Shown here: one piece after another, positions 12,300-26,900 of the stretch
Numbering within the stretch: the first letter of the stretch is position 1
How the letters are laid out: every line of letters begins with the position of its first letter
Assembly: GCA_003344405.1 (NCBI GenBank)
Contig: NOWV01000155.1
Location: forward strand, 62,001 to 126,000
Source of the DNA: Trichoplax sp. H2
Taxonomy: Eukaryota
Direction of reading: 5' to 3'
Length of the DNA: 64,000 nt
Notes under the pieces: model-generated
The model's database searches: none
Seen by the model: the letters and a program-made list of their open reading frames with translations, nothing else
What the model was told of the DNA's origin: nothing
Translations under genes and position numbers: made by a program

Positions 12300-14151
12300 T
12301 TATGAGTCGTAATATCTTCGTTTCAAGGTGCGATATTTCTTCAGCATATACAATGCTTCAATTTCTTTGATTACAAATTTACCACGATCAATCATCTTAT
12401 GAATGGTTTCAGGGTCTTTAACCTCACGATTTTTCATAAATGCCCGTCTTAAACGCTCGCGAAAGTAGTCGTAACCTGCAGGATAATCACGTCCCAGATA
12501 AAGCATCTGTAAAAAATAAATAAAAATCGGAATAATATAGAAAATCTCTTTGAAGAGGAATAAAAGGTTTAATTATGGCGGATAGTCAAGCATTTACGTC
12601 CTAATTCAAGTGGATAAAATACCCAATGTACTCGAATGGACGTATCTCCATACGTAAGCCGTGCAATGACATACTATACTCTTACTACATGCTATGAATA
12701 CGAAATAGAATAGTAAATCGTGAAAGCGTAGAATAGTCAGATATTTACGCTCAATGTTTTAATCGTGTAGAAATAGTCGATGTATTCGAACGTATTGAGG
12801 TCAATCGTAGCGTACGTACATGGCATACTATACTACGTTCTAGTACAGCAACTGCTTAAAGATATAAAATGAATGCCTGAAGCTACAAGTAGTCAATAAT
12901 ATTATGCTTTACTTCTAATCGCGGAGCAATACCTGATGCATTCGAATATACGCCTACGAGTATATAGGTATACTCTGCAATCGCATACTGTATTACATGC
13001 TATGAATACGAAATTAAAGGAATTGGTGTCTATAGTCAATGCTTCAAGCTGCAAGTAGTCAACAAATTATGTCTTACTTTCAATCGTGAAGAAATATCTG
13101 ATGTATTAAAATATGCATATACGAGACTATACAATGACATACTGTATTACATGCTACGAATGCGAAATCGAAGGAATGGTTGGCTATCGCTCAATGCTTA
13201 AAGCTACAAGTAGCCAACAATTTATGCCCTATTTGTTAAATCGTGGAGAATTATTTAATGCATTCGAACGTAACAGTGACATACTATCTATTTATTACAT
13301 GTTAGTGCTACGATAAGTTAACAATTTATGTCCTATATTTTCATCGTGAAGAAATACCTGATGCATCCGAACTTCCGAACGTAACAGTGACATACTATCT
13401 ATTACATGTTAGTCAATACTTAAGTTAAGACTACGAGTGGTCCTAGTTTTTCGTCGTGAAGAAATACCTGATGCATTTGAACGTAAAAATGACATACTAT
13501 CTATTCCATGTTAGTCAATGCTTAAGCTAAAGCTACGAGTAGTCCATAATTTACGTCCTGTATTTTCATCGTGAAGAAATGCCTGATGCATTTGAACGTA
13601 AAAATATAAAACTATCTATTGCATGCTAGTCAATGCTTAAGTTAAAGCTACGGGTAGTCAACAATTTATATCCCATATTTACATCGTAGTCAACAATTTA
13701 TATCCTATATTTACATCGTAGTAGCAATTTATATCCTATATTTACATCGTAGTCAACAATTTATATCCTATTTTTTCATCGTGAATAAATACCTGATGCA
13801 TTCAAACATACGTGTACATGAGTACACTATAGATTGATATACTGTATTACATGTTGTAAATACGATATTAAAAGCTACTGATAGTAAAGACTTAAAGCTA
13901 CGAGTAGTCACAATTTATGCTTTATTTTTGAATGGTAGTGGAGAAATACCAAATGCATTCGAGGGTAAGTGTCCCCTATATACTATAAGTACAGGTAAAC
14001 TATACGATGACATAATATACTACATGTTATGAATTCAAAATTGCAGCTTTGAAATGATTAGTACCCTTGTCAAGAAAGTAATAGCTTAAGATTATGCTGT
14101 TATCCATACTTGCTTATATAAATTTCTGACTAGAGTTCTTGTTTCAGCCAT
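12300..14151 (-). CDS. LYRM5: LYR-motif protein 5 / electron transfer flavoprotein regulatory factor 1. Exons 14151-14110, 12506-12300
   Basis: [40 protein letters not shown]...[26 protein letters not shown] motif; phase-0 GT-AG intron. Confidence 0.95.
12640..14040. repeat. Degenerate tandem array (~105-190-bp units) with a nested ~30-bp sub-array, filling the LYRM5 intron
   Basis: Recurring ATCGTGAAGAAATACCTGATGCATT(C/T)GAACGTAA..GACATACTATCTATTACATG..AGTCAATGCTTAAG..AAGCTACGAGTAGTC. Sub-repeat GTAGTCAACAATTTATATCCTATATTTACATC occurs about four times at 13653-13780. Confidence 0.85.
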
Positions 14152-14533
14152 CTTTGCTAACGGATTCAGATGGGCCAGTGCTTGACGGTCGCAAAGGTGC
14201 AGTACTACTGGAACAGGAGTCCAGGACTATACTAATAGCACCAGTCAATACAGTACTGACCATAGACCCGAACCTTTCTCAGGTCCAACCTGATTGGGTA
14301 CCCTCATGGTACAGTACTAACTTACTACAGTACTAGTCACGATGTACGCTGTACAGTCAATAACGGGCTGATATAGTACTTAGTATGTCATACTGTACCA
14401 TAGCTCAGACAAACTTAATGTGGCCAAAATAATTCCATACCGTACACTGTACTGTACACTGTAGAGCGTGCACTGGCTAAGATGAATAACACTGCCTGGC
14501 GGTTACTTAGCAACAATTGGAGAACGATGCAAA
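14152..14533. promoter_or_regulatory. Bidirectional promoter region between LYRM5 and CASC1
   Basis: Divergent ATGs only ~380 bp apart; higher GC than the flanks; dense CAGTACT/TACAGT/ACTGTA motifs. Confidence 0.75.
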
Positions 14534-17500
14534 ATGGTGAGTGATCAAGTAGTCGACTTTGCAATGAACAAGATTGATTTATCATCCTTAATTTCATGCT
14601 ATTTATCATTGCTATGTTCAGTCAAATTCATCATTATTTCAGTTCAGCTTTGATGGATTGGAAAAGTTGATAACCTTTGTTAGAATGGAGTAGAGATCGA
14701 TTGAATAATCTCTTCCGTCTTGAGGAAGGATTGATAGATTAATTGCCCGTCGATAACATTGATCCATTGCTTAAGTAGGATAGAAATCAATAGAGTTTAT
14801 AGTTATTCAGTCCTCTTAAATTGATTTCTAGATCGGTAAATCTACATCGTATGCTCCCATAGTGTTGGTAATAACATTCATGATGGCATGACTATCATAT
14901 GTTTCGCCTAGTTGAATAATATTCAATTCTTATTATAATCGATTCATACTGTCCTTGTATCATACTCATCTAAATGATGGTCAACAAGATACTCGGTTGA
15001 TATCATGCATGAATTTTGAATCATCATTTATTTAATTGATAGCCTAGCTCAATTGGAAAAAGGGGCAAAGGCAAAGGTAAAGGCAAAGGCAAGAAAAAGC
15101 TATCTAAGAAAGAGCGAGAACGACTTCGTCAAGAGGAAGCCGAAAGGAGAGCAAGGGAAGAAGGTAAAATTTGTAATCATAACATCACCATCATCATCAT
15201 CATCATAATATCCATCTAGCTATGCCATACACTGTATATAATATTGAAAAAGAATTGATGTATTTGCACTTACATTACAAAAGTACGCAAAATTGTAAAG
15301 TAATTTAAAAGCTTTAATCCGCAATTCTAAAATTTTTCCGACGTTAGTGACCGATATCGATAAATGGCTATGAATACTTGAGCAGTATTGTAGCAACTCC
15401 GATATTGATTTCTAGTAAAGAGAGCTTGTAAATCCCTCATCGATCATGTAATAGTAACAGTTTTGCAACAACTATAATCTATCAATAGAGGAGTTACGCC
15501 TAAGATTAGAACAGGAACAAAAGGAAAGGGAAGAAAAAGAACGACAAGAACGTATTGAAAGACAACGCTTGGAAGAAATCGTAAGAAAATTAGTATTACA
15601 TTAGCAAGATGTTTTTATAAATATATTCCAAAATTAAGTAAGCGTAGTAAAAATTATAAAACTGAGTAATAGTCATTTTGGAGTAGCTTTCATCCAATGA
15701 ATAATTTAATATCGTATTCGTATATTAGGAACGAGCCCAACATGAAGCTGAAATATCGGAATTAAATTCTATCTTAAATGAGAATGAACGAGCACTAACA
15801 GAAGTTATCACAAAAAGGAAACAACAAAAACAGGTAATCTACCAATATCATCTTTGCAATTTACGAATTATATAGATGTAGACTACTTACCTTTTACTGC
15901 ATACCTTTTATGATTCTAATGCCTATTTTATTGCTTACTATTACAGTGGAATCGTTTCATGAGATGTGACGGCAGTCCGAATCCTTTCATTTCTTCCGAA
16001 TTAAATACCTATATGAACCTATGGAGAGAAGATACCGCTATTAAATCCATTTCTGAGGTCCTAAACGAAATTACTGATGGTGTAAATGTAAGTATGAGAT
16101 CTTTTTTAAAGACGCCAATTTAACTTTAATCCATTTCCATCAATTGCGTAATATAGTAAATATACAAGTCTATCAATTATTTTTTTCTAGCTTGTCAACG
16201 AATTAATTGAGGGTATGGATGAACTTTCGTTAAGTGAGGGTGATAATTCTACGGAAGTAAAAGAAGAACGAAATCGACAAGTACTGACGATATTATTATG
16301 ATCTTCTTTTATATCTTCTTGCAATAAAATTTTATTTTGTAAACTACCTATCTAGGCATCTCTGCAATTACAACAGTTAGTTTCAGATAAACTAGATGAA
16401 ACCACGATGTATCAGCTAGCGGTAGGATCATGCGTGATATTGCATATAGATACTATGTCATATTATATAATATAAATTAGATTTTAACTTCCTGTCTATC
16501 ACTCTTTTAGTTTGCACATGAGAATGCCGATCCTGACCAGCTTAATTTTAAACAGTCTGAATCAAGCCATCAAGCTACTATATGTTTATGGGCAAATCTT
16601 AGCAAAAATCCCAGGTAACCCTTGTAAATTACGGTATATCGTAAAATGCTCCTTTCAACAAGTTTGATGGACGGACTTCAAAAAGATTTAATTATCTGTG
16701 ACAATGAATTACTTTGCAGAGTCAAAGCATTAGATTTCGAAGAACGATCATTCTCTATCGAACTTCCAAGATTAATTCTATTAGCCAATATTGGTATTCG
16801 TGTAATGTATACAAAATTTGATTATTTATCGCCGAAGTGTCGAACATTTAACCCTAAACCAAGACGAAAAATTGTGGTATTAATAATTAATTTTACAGCT
16901 ATCTCAATGTCATGGTTCAATACAATAAATAGCATCTATGTTTATCTAGAAAAAAGGCGAAGATAAGGATGAAAGCAATGAGAATGGCAATGAAGCAGAA
17001 GGCCAGATTCAGGATGATGAAAAAAGTGGAACCAATAACGAGGTAAAGCAGTTCATAGCAATTTCTCTATTATTCTATAATGAAATACAAACTGCTACTT
17101 TCAAGTGGGTTCATCTATCGTATTCTAAAGTAAACTATATTTACGTAATCCATAAATTGTACATGTATCATTTTGATCTGTTTATGTAGCTAACAGAAGT
17201 AGAAAAGAAATTACCTAATGAATCGGAAAACGTTTCCAGTAGCGTGCAAATCCCTGCATTAGGTTCATTTGCAATAGATTTACTTTAAAACATCATCTTT
17301 TATCGTAAATAAAACATATAATGCTAACAAGAGATGTTCAATTTTATTAATATTAGATTTCGATCAACTAACTGAGTCTGTTGAGAATGCTGAAAATAAT
17401 GAAAACGTAGATGGAGAACACAACAAAGATATAGTAGCAGATGACGATGAAGAGAGTGTTTATGAAGAAATTGACGATGATCTTCTTGATGATGATGATA

Positions 17501-19909
17501 ATGTAGTTGACTTAAGAGCATATCGAAGTATGGGAGGTTGTGTTTATATCGATCTTATTCAATTACCACCACAGCGTAAAAAAATTAAAAACTGGATTAT
17601 CAGAGAAAGTTAGTAATCACTTGTGTAGCTAACTGAATTGACTACAGATAATTGGCTAAATATATAAATAATTATTAACCAAAATGATACTGATACTTTG
17701 GAATATGCTTTCTGTGCAGCAATTTCTCCTGGATTACAACGTCAAGCCTATCCATTTGATGCTTCCAAACCGGTTACACCTGCTCAAACATCATCAGGCA
17801 AAGAATCTGCCAGCACAAATTCACCATCAACATCTGGCAATTCTAGTGGTTCTCTTTTAACAACTATGCAGTACGTTATACATATAAATCTATCGATTAA
17901 GATTCTAATTGTATAGCCTTAAATAAAGCATTGTATGGCTAACATTTTCAATTTACTACTAACATTAAATATACTGTAGACTACCGCAGTACATGGTTTT
18001 TAGTGAACCCCCACAATTAGCGCGATGGGACGATAAAAATGCATGTTGGCGTTTCGACGGATTCAATGATGTTAAATATGACGAAGCGACCAAAATGATA
18101 GCCTTTAAAATTGATTTTTTTGGCCCTATTGCAATCATGCAGGTGATGGTACTACTAAAAATTCCAGTAGTTACTGGATTAAGATGTCAAATGCACAGTA
18201 TAGTATCAGCGATCTACCAGTGCAAAAATGTTGTTGATCATTGCGATTTCACTAATTCTATTCTGTAGTATCCATTTTATATTCTAAACTGTAAAATTAT
18301 TTAATTTAAATAGGACAAATATTTAAATTTACCATTTCAATTCTGGGAATATACGCCATTAGATCTAAACCACGGTAAATTATTGTTTATGGCTGCCATT
18401 ACAGAATTTGAAGTAGAAATTAAGGTAATCAATTTTGTGCAATTGTTGTACTTCCTCAAAAAGAAATACTACATCGTAATGAGACCGTATGAATACTCCC
18501 ATTACTGACTGTGTCATTATTTTTTATTAAATAAATATCTATCATCGCCATAGTAGTTAAAGCTACAGTATTAATTACATCATTTATTGATAAAGAAACA
18601 TCTTTGATAGTAATTACAGATTGATACAGTATTTATTTAACATTTCTACCGATCTATTTATGATCAAATAATGAGGGCATAAATAATGAGGTCAATGAAT
18701 ACAATTTTTCTCAATAGTTTTATTACCGTTAACACTTCTAGGATGACGTATGTCGCATAAAACTCACTGCAGAAAGTCCTAAAGAGATTGAATTAATAAC
18801 TGATAAATGGATGTCACCACAAGAGTTGATGAAAGTAAATTAAATTCGAGAATAGTGCGATTAAAGAATGTGTAATATACTGCTAAAGAGATTATAATTC
18901 ATCAGGAAGAGCATCACTTGCAAAATTTTTCCAGTTTTAATCGATTTTTTTTCTGTCATATTAAATATCTATATCGAATAGTGTATGGAAGAAATTGGTA
19001 TCGACGTCTTTCCAACAATTGATTCTGACAAATATGTTAGCATTAATCCCAAGGTATTATCGGCATGAAAAAAATTTTATTGGTCTTTATATCAATCTGC
19101 AAATTATTTGCAGTATTCATTACTACAGTGCCATTTTAACAGATCTAAATTTCTGTACCTTTATCTTGATTCTAAAAATCTATTAATGTTCTTATACTTT
19201 TAACAGAAAAAGAAATTAGAATTCGATGTCTACCGACAGATTGCTTTAACAGGATCAGCATACAGTTACTCATGGTCAAAATGGAATACTGAAGCTGATA
19301 GCGGTCGAGATTCAATCATTTTACGAGGCGTGGAGAATTTAACGGCTGAGGAGGCAGTAAGTAGACGTTCTACAAAATGCCTTTATTTGTTTATCTATTA
19401 TAAAACATTACATTTAATGATATTATTTTACAACGATATCTACATACAAGTATATATAATATCCTGTATATGTGCAGATGTATATGTAGTTACATTGATA
19501 AGTCCATAGCTAACTATATAGTGTCTTATAAATTTTTTATTTCTTATGTTGAATTAGCTCGACTACAAAATTTACATGATCAATCGACAAAGAGCAAGTG
19601 AATTAAAAATTACCGAAGAAAGTGACGAATACTCAGAGTCACCAGCTGAAGGCACTCATGTAAGATATGAATTTTAAATTTTATAACTATGGACGCAGAA
19701 AGATTCGTAATTCGATTAAATCTATCAGAACTGGTTTCATATTAACCTGTGTTCACTCTATTTTCTTTTAGTTTCACTCTGATCTTTATCACATGATTAC
19801 TGACGGAGCAACACAAGATTCTTTAACCAGGATAAGGAATTCTTCCTTCTTATTTGTTGACAATCTTTATACTTGGTTGTCTTCTACAAGGTTATTCGCC
19901 TTTTCATAA
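14534..19909 (+). CDS. CASC1: Dynein axonemal intermediate chain 7 (CASC1/Las1/IC97 family), multi-exon
   Basis: ATG-only first coding exon (14534-14536|GTGAGT), then PSSIGKRGKGKG...KKERERLRQEEAERRAREE, WNRFMRCDGSPNP, ICLWANLSKNPRVK, FSEPPQLARWD...WRFDGF, DKYLNLPFQFWE, YSWSKWN, ending FHSDLYHMI...LSSTRLFAFS* (TAA 19907-19909). Confidence 0.9.
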
Positions 19910-20903
19910 TCTGAACTCCTAAATCAAGCTACAGAATCTTACTAGTAAAATCATGATCAATATCACAATAACACAATGGTCAGGATATTGTAGCCATCCA
20001 TGAAACAAATGTACATCAAAATGCATTCGTTTAATTGAAATCTACTCGGATAAAACCATATAAAATTATAAGCTACCACGAAGATTAAAACGACCTACTG
20101 TCTAGATTGTGCCGTGGCTTTATAAATTCAATAATAGAACAATTATCATTTTTTCAGGTGCAGTATCATAACTGCTTATCCATCAAGGATTATTTCTACG
20201 ATTATAAACATTATGTAATCAAATTTATATTTTGAAATGTCGGTAATAAGTAACTATAATAGCTAGCAATCTTTCTAGTTCAAGAGGTAAATGTGCGTCA
20301 AAGCATCCAAGTAATTTTATCCGTTACAATAATAATGCCTCTACATATGTAGGTCAAACATTTATCATCTTTGATAGCACCTCCAACTAAAATTAATTAA
20401 TTTAACTAATCCATAATGTAGATATTTACGAAATTGTCTTACACCCTGTCGTGAAAAATAATAAACTTGATAGAACGTATACAAGAGAGTGTAGGGCTAA
20501 GAAATGAAATAATTCTGGAGTATCAGAAACGGTCAATTCGCAAAATATCTAGCAAATAATAGAATTGATAAAAGTATCAATATTGCCAATTCAATAACTA
20601 TAGCTGCATGCTGAAGCTAGCGATAACAAGATAATAGTTATTCTTCTTATCCTAGTATAACATAAATTTGACCATACAAAGCCGAAGAATATATCGGTGA
20701 TGGGTTACGGTACTGCTTAAAACGGCTATCAAAATTTAGGTATTCCGGTAAATACACGTACTGTACGTACAAGCTTAAGGGAACTACACTCAGTTTATAC
20801 CATCGGACTATAATTAGCTGCAACCTCAACATTTCATACAGTACAATACGCTCAACTCTTAGCATCTCTAAAAGTTACGATCTAGTTCCAACAAATGTGA
20901 TAT

Positions 20904-23900
20904 TTAACGAGGCCTTGGCTTAGGTACAGGCCGCCAACCTGGCGGTTTTGGAGGAGCATGTGGACGCTTCACGGGGATAGGGCGAGCATTGGCAGATTTC
21001 TCAGATTGGCCATCAAAATTCGGACGAGCATCAGCGTAATCCCCAACCTTATTGTCTGTCTGGTCACCATAACTGAGATTTGTGTTACTCTCGTTGGTAG
21101 TGGAATACTCTACCGGCCGCGGTACACCTGACAATACTACGTTATTTGCTGGCTCTGAGATTTCGTGATCATCTACATCAATAGAAATGTCACTTCCACT
21201 ATCATTCTCGATATTTAGCTTACTAATCATTGCCTCTTCATTATCACTAATAGTTTCAAACTCATAGTCCGCTGGATTGGCATTTTCATCACTAGAAGAG
21301 ATCACATCGTCATCATGAATTTGAGTATTCTTATGATACTGAAGATTATCACCTCCTGTTGGTAACGAAGATCGTGATAGATCAACTGCTTGATCATCTT
21401 GGTCAGAAGAATCAGAATTGTAAATTTCAAATTGCACTTGGGATGCTTTATTCATGTCTTGACCATCGCCACCATTTTTACCCGCCGATCGATGATAATC
21501 TTCATCATCACTGGAAGAATTGCTATTATAAGCTTGAAATTGGGTGGTATGCATTTGTGCAGTATCACTAATATTATCTTTAGATCGTACTGGCAACGGT
21601 GGTGGTGCTTTACGACTGATATTAGCCACAGAGGAATTACTGCTGCTAGTTTGAGATACTGTATTTTCATTTCTTTGTATAATATTGTTATTAGCATTCT
21701 CCCGGTAAGGTGGTGGTGGTGCTTCGGATACATTCATTGTACTAGCATACCAAACAGTTAGATCCTTTATATCATCCGAGCTCGATCTTACAACTCCATA
21801 GTCTTGTCGCTGGTGCGATTGATTGCTATTGGCATTGTAATCAAAATCTACTAGAGGGGTAGTCTCTCGCTGTAAATTAGGCCTTGGCGGTCGTGACGGA
21901 ATCGATTTGTCTACCGTAGCCGGCCTAGCAGGTCTTTCCGGAGCAGGTGGTTTCTTTGGTACGGCTGCTGGACGTGCTGCCGGAGGAGGCGGCCGACGAG
22001 GAGCTTCTACGGGTGTAGCTGTATTTAGCGATGACGATGACTTTCCGCCAAAATCGGATGAGCTCTTTGATTGAGGTGGTCTGCCAGGTCTTGGAGGAGG
22101 CGGTGCAGGCCGCTTTATACCAGGGTGCCCAGGAACAGGAGGGCTTTTCTTCTGACCTTGTAGCTGTTGTTCCTGAGCATCGCTCATGAGCCACAAATGA
22201 GACTGTGGTATATTTAGATCTTGGATATTAGCTTCATATGCATCTACTGTATTCTCATCATCATCTAAATCGTAGGTTAATCCTGTTGGGTAAAATTTTA
22301 AATAAACTCGTTAATCTATAGATTCTATTAGATTAATTATCAATATACAGGCACGGTAATTCTTACATTAGCAAACAATTAATCAAAAGAAGTACCAATA
22401 CAAGTATACCGATAAAACGATCACTACACTCGCAAAATTTCTTTATACAATAATAGAAAGAAGTAGTATTGACGTACCCTCACTGTCCTTCCGAAAATCG
22501 CAACGAAGGGAAACTAATGTCTCCTTTCCATCGATCTAAATAGTAACATTTATAAATGTACAGTACATAGTGTTAATAATAGAGTGATAAAAGATAGCTC
22601 TGCAAAATGATGTATGCAACAATACATTTGAAATACTAACAATAGTCTTTTCTAAGATATGAGCCGCTTTAATTGCATCATGACCATTCCAGTACGTTGC
22701 AATTGCGCTACGATAATCTATGGACCTGAAATAGAAAAGATATTAGCCGTCATTAATTATTGAACCGGATACTTATTTAAGATTTCGTTTTGGTAACAAC
22801 AATAACTAAACGTTACCTAATCATTGCAATTTCACCAAAACGCCTTAGAGTAGTATATAGTCGGAAAGTAATAGGTAACAATTTTGTGGAATTAGTTGCT
22901 GACCGATCCGAAATAACTTTTACAAGAATGGACAATGGGAAAGATTTCTGACAAACGGTGTTTGTTTCAGATACATAATTCTGAAAATCAGACTCCATTA
23001 AATTTTGAACGTTAACATCGATAATTGCAGCTACTGGTCGGTGATCAGAAGTCTTTAATTCAGTTCTATCGTAATAAACTAAGTGACCTTCTTTTCGTTG
23101 AGATTCAGTAACATGACTTGTTGTAATCTCTTCTAAATGATTTATGTTCATTAAATCAAGTTTCCTACTAAATTTACGATACGTTTTACTGCCATCCACT
23201 TCATCATCGCTTGAACTGTCATAGCGTTCAGATGGCTCATCACTGATAACAGCTTTATTATTATTAGCTGGTTCACTTGAGCTATCCAGTTTATCAATAC
23301 TTTTGGTGTGGCTCACATTTCCACTTCGAGCTGATTTAAAACGTCTAAATAATTTGGACGAATTTTTTATATGTTTCCACATAACTCGATCTGTCCAGGC
23401 TGGAGTTCGCTGCTTCTCGCTAGTATCGTAATCATCTGAAAATAAATCGTACTTATATGTTGGAGCAAAATCTGGCTTTCCTTCCTTGAAACCTATAAAT
23501 GACTGCAAGCAGTATTATCAAATTAGTGGATAAGGCTGGCACGACGCAAATAAATCATATCATATTTCTAAAAAATTTATTATTACCAATCCACTCTCTC
23601 GCGATTTGATTAATTGGTCCTCTTCTTGCATAGTAAGCCAGCTATTATTCTCGATCATTTTCAGTACCTCATCTCTTGGTAAATCGATACGATAATTTAA
23701 ATCACCACACCAAAAAACATAATCATGAGAATCAACCAGATAAGCCTGTTCAATTAATTCAATTAATCCCATCCATTAGCATAGAGTAAATTGTGATAAA
23801 AATATTTCCATTATAATAATGTACAACAATGAATTATTGGTTAACATACCATCGAACTTTTATCGCATGACGTAATTCCAGAATACTGCAAAAAGGAACA

Positions 23901-26900
23901 GTTAAAATAGTGATAACAATATTATAATAACTTGTTGATTTTGAAATAGTCTTAGGCGTAATTGTATTTAATCTTATTCGACTACATAATATTTTTTTTA
24001 CATTTTATCAATCTTAAATTTAAAAAAAAATTACGTATAAGTGTATTTAGTTAGAATAACATTAACATTTTAATGCAAGTACAAACCATTGGAAAAGTAA
24101 GACCCTCACGAATGTCTTTATAATCAGAATTTCTGTCATCGACGTGATTTTGTCCAGCGGCTAAATGAGAACATATGAAGCAAAAAGTAGTTGAAAAGAG
24201 CTGAAATCTAATGCCAATGCCACCTTTATTTCCTGCCTTTCCTTTTAGACCAGTTTTAACTGTATCGACAGCAACATCTCTACAACAATAAGAATATTCA
24301 GAATCGACATTCAGTATAGTTAACAAGAACAGTTCGGAAGTAATTAAAAATAAATATTAATAATAAATAAATAGTGCAAATATATAGTTGTTACTAACTT
24401 TATGTGTGGCAACAAAGAAACCTTTACAAATATATATAAGCATACACCAACCAACTGCTCCACAGCTACCAATGCATAACTGCTCTCTTGATTTAGGATA
24501 CGTTGCAATTCATTTAGCCACTCATTTTTATTCGTATGGCTAAAAGGTATAAAAATAAGTAATAGATAATAAGTTACATGAGTGGTAATTAGCTGCCGCA
24601 CAGAAAGGAAATCATAAAATATCAAAGCGTATAAAAGTATACTTTACATCATTTACCTAGCACCAAGTATATTAGATGCACTAAGATCTACTAGTTCTTC
24701 AAATCCAATAGCATAAATATCCGGCTTGGTTTGATTAGATAGGTCCCGATTACCTAATCCATCATAGGAGATATATTTTGCTTGCTATGAGATCACTATA
24801 TACGTACAGTAGTATAATCAAAGCTGGAAATGTATTATACCATCCAACTTATTTTACTACAAATTTTAGGGTAAATTTAATATGTTAAATAGATCTCGTT
24901 ACTCCACATTCCGATTATACTTCTTTATCATAGTGAATGTATCTATGTAAGGCTTACTTCGCTGGGCTGCAATGTCTTGAGCATGAACCAGCCAATCAGC
25001 CATAGATTGATGACGAAATGCAATACTACGGAAGTGTTTACCTCCGTTTACATTCCATGTGCCGATAAATACGCGTAATGGTAGTTGCTTTGTAAGGCTA
25101 TCGAGATTTTCACAAATTGTGCTCAGGTATGCCGGAGGATCTGATTAAAACAAAAATTTTTATTGATTATTATCAACGATTAGTAACGGTGTATTACAAC
25201 GTTGCGTGATTCTATATCACTTACGATATCTAAATTTGTTGCTGAGATAAGCATACGAAGTTTCAGCTACATTTCCATAACGTCTGGCATCAATACATCC
25301 ATTAAAAGTGTTGCCGTAACGAATAATATCAAAAGCCTCCTGCTTTACCGTGTCGAGCATATTACTAATAATTGTACGTCCAACTGAACTTGCTGCAACT
25401 TTGACTTTATCCATCTGAATGTTTCGATTTATAAAGATTGTATCATCCAATTGAATGTGAAGATAAAACAGATATCTACAAATATATAAATATTGAACAT
25501 TTGCGATCATCAAATTATATCTCTAACCTTGGATTTGCCCTCCAGCATTTGAGTACCAGCATACATCTTACTTATTCTATTGCCGCTGTCTTTCCATAGT
25601 GGTCTTACCGTCATTGCAAATTTTGAAAGAGTTAGCTTATCAGCTCCAATTAAGGCAATTACCTGTTGTGGCAAAATCTATTCAACAAACGAATTATCGT
25701 TTTAATCAAGGTAGTGTCCATAATTTATAAAGCGCATTGGATTTTTTTTGTCACGGTAATACAAAGTTGAATATATGATCACACCTCGGCTGCTAGCATT
25801 TCCTGAGCTGCGTTAGTTCTATCCAGGCAATCCATACAGTTTACGCGGAAAAAACCATTCTGCAGACTATGTATTAGACGTATGAAATAAGTAATTAGTA
25901 CGTTAACTAATGCACATATATATATATATATGATGCGTTTACTACAAAAGAATGATAGGGTAAAGACATTAAAACTATTCAATTTCATAGATATTTAATG
26001 ACACTCTATAAATAATATCTTATAGAACACTTTACTACCTTTGAACTTCTCCATTTGAAGTGTAGTAAAATCCCATTTGATCAAAGGTCTTTTTAACTTT
26101 CTGCTTTAAGAGATAAGCCTTTTCATTAGCTTTACCAACAGCATGAAAATCGAAAGCAACATAATTTGGCTTCAATTCTTGGGGTAATTCAGATATCATA
26201 TACTGTAAAAATAAATAAAGGCCACCATATAGCACATAAGCAAATCACTTTTCTTGACATAAAAATTAATTACAATATACCTTGAAATTTCCTGATAAAA
26301 TCCCTTCCCCTTCTTTAATACCGAGAAGGTTTAATACCGTGATATTACCATATTTATCTTTGAGTGTTTGAAAATGGCTACAACGATCGAAATAGATAGT
26401 AAAGTAAAACTTACTTGTAGCAATTTTACTAAATATACGGCTTAATTTGGAACAAGTTGTTAGCAAATAATTTGTCATGAAAACTGAGTAACACTATGCT
26501 ACAAAATTCTCGGTAAGTATAGCAAAGGACTCATTATTCATACCTTGTAAATGCTCCTAGCGATGCTTCTGCACTGCGATCTAATTTAATTTTATGACTG
26601 CCAACCTGAGTAAAGGATAATTTAAAAAACGAGTATAGATAATGATAAGATATAATGACGAAAGAAGTCAAGTTGAAACGATAATTTTTGCTACAACAAG
26701 GACTGTTACATACCTGAATTCCTTGTTGCGACCAGAACATCGGCACTGACCCACGCAACATTAGGAAAGATGTAGTTCCAGAATCGGTAAAAATAATCTA
26801 TAGTAGAATAAAGAGCGAGTATAATATAGATATTTTGTTTTGTTAGCAGAACCCGGTAACACCCTTTCGTGTTTAATGAAAACTAGAGAACGGTTATAGA

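Noticed and set aside
21359-22194. Alternative-frame and antisense ORFs in the last synaptojanin exon
   Set aside because: Shadow ORFs of a long coding exon; the same applies to those within PARP3.
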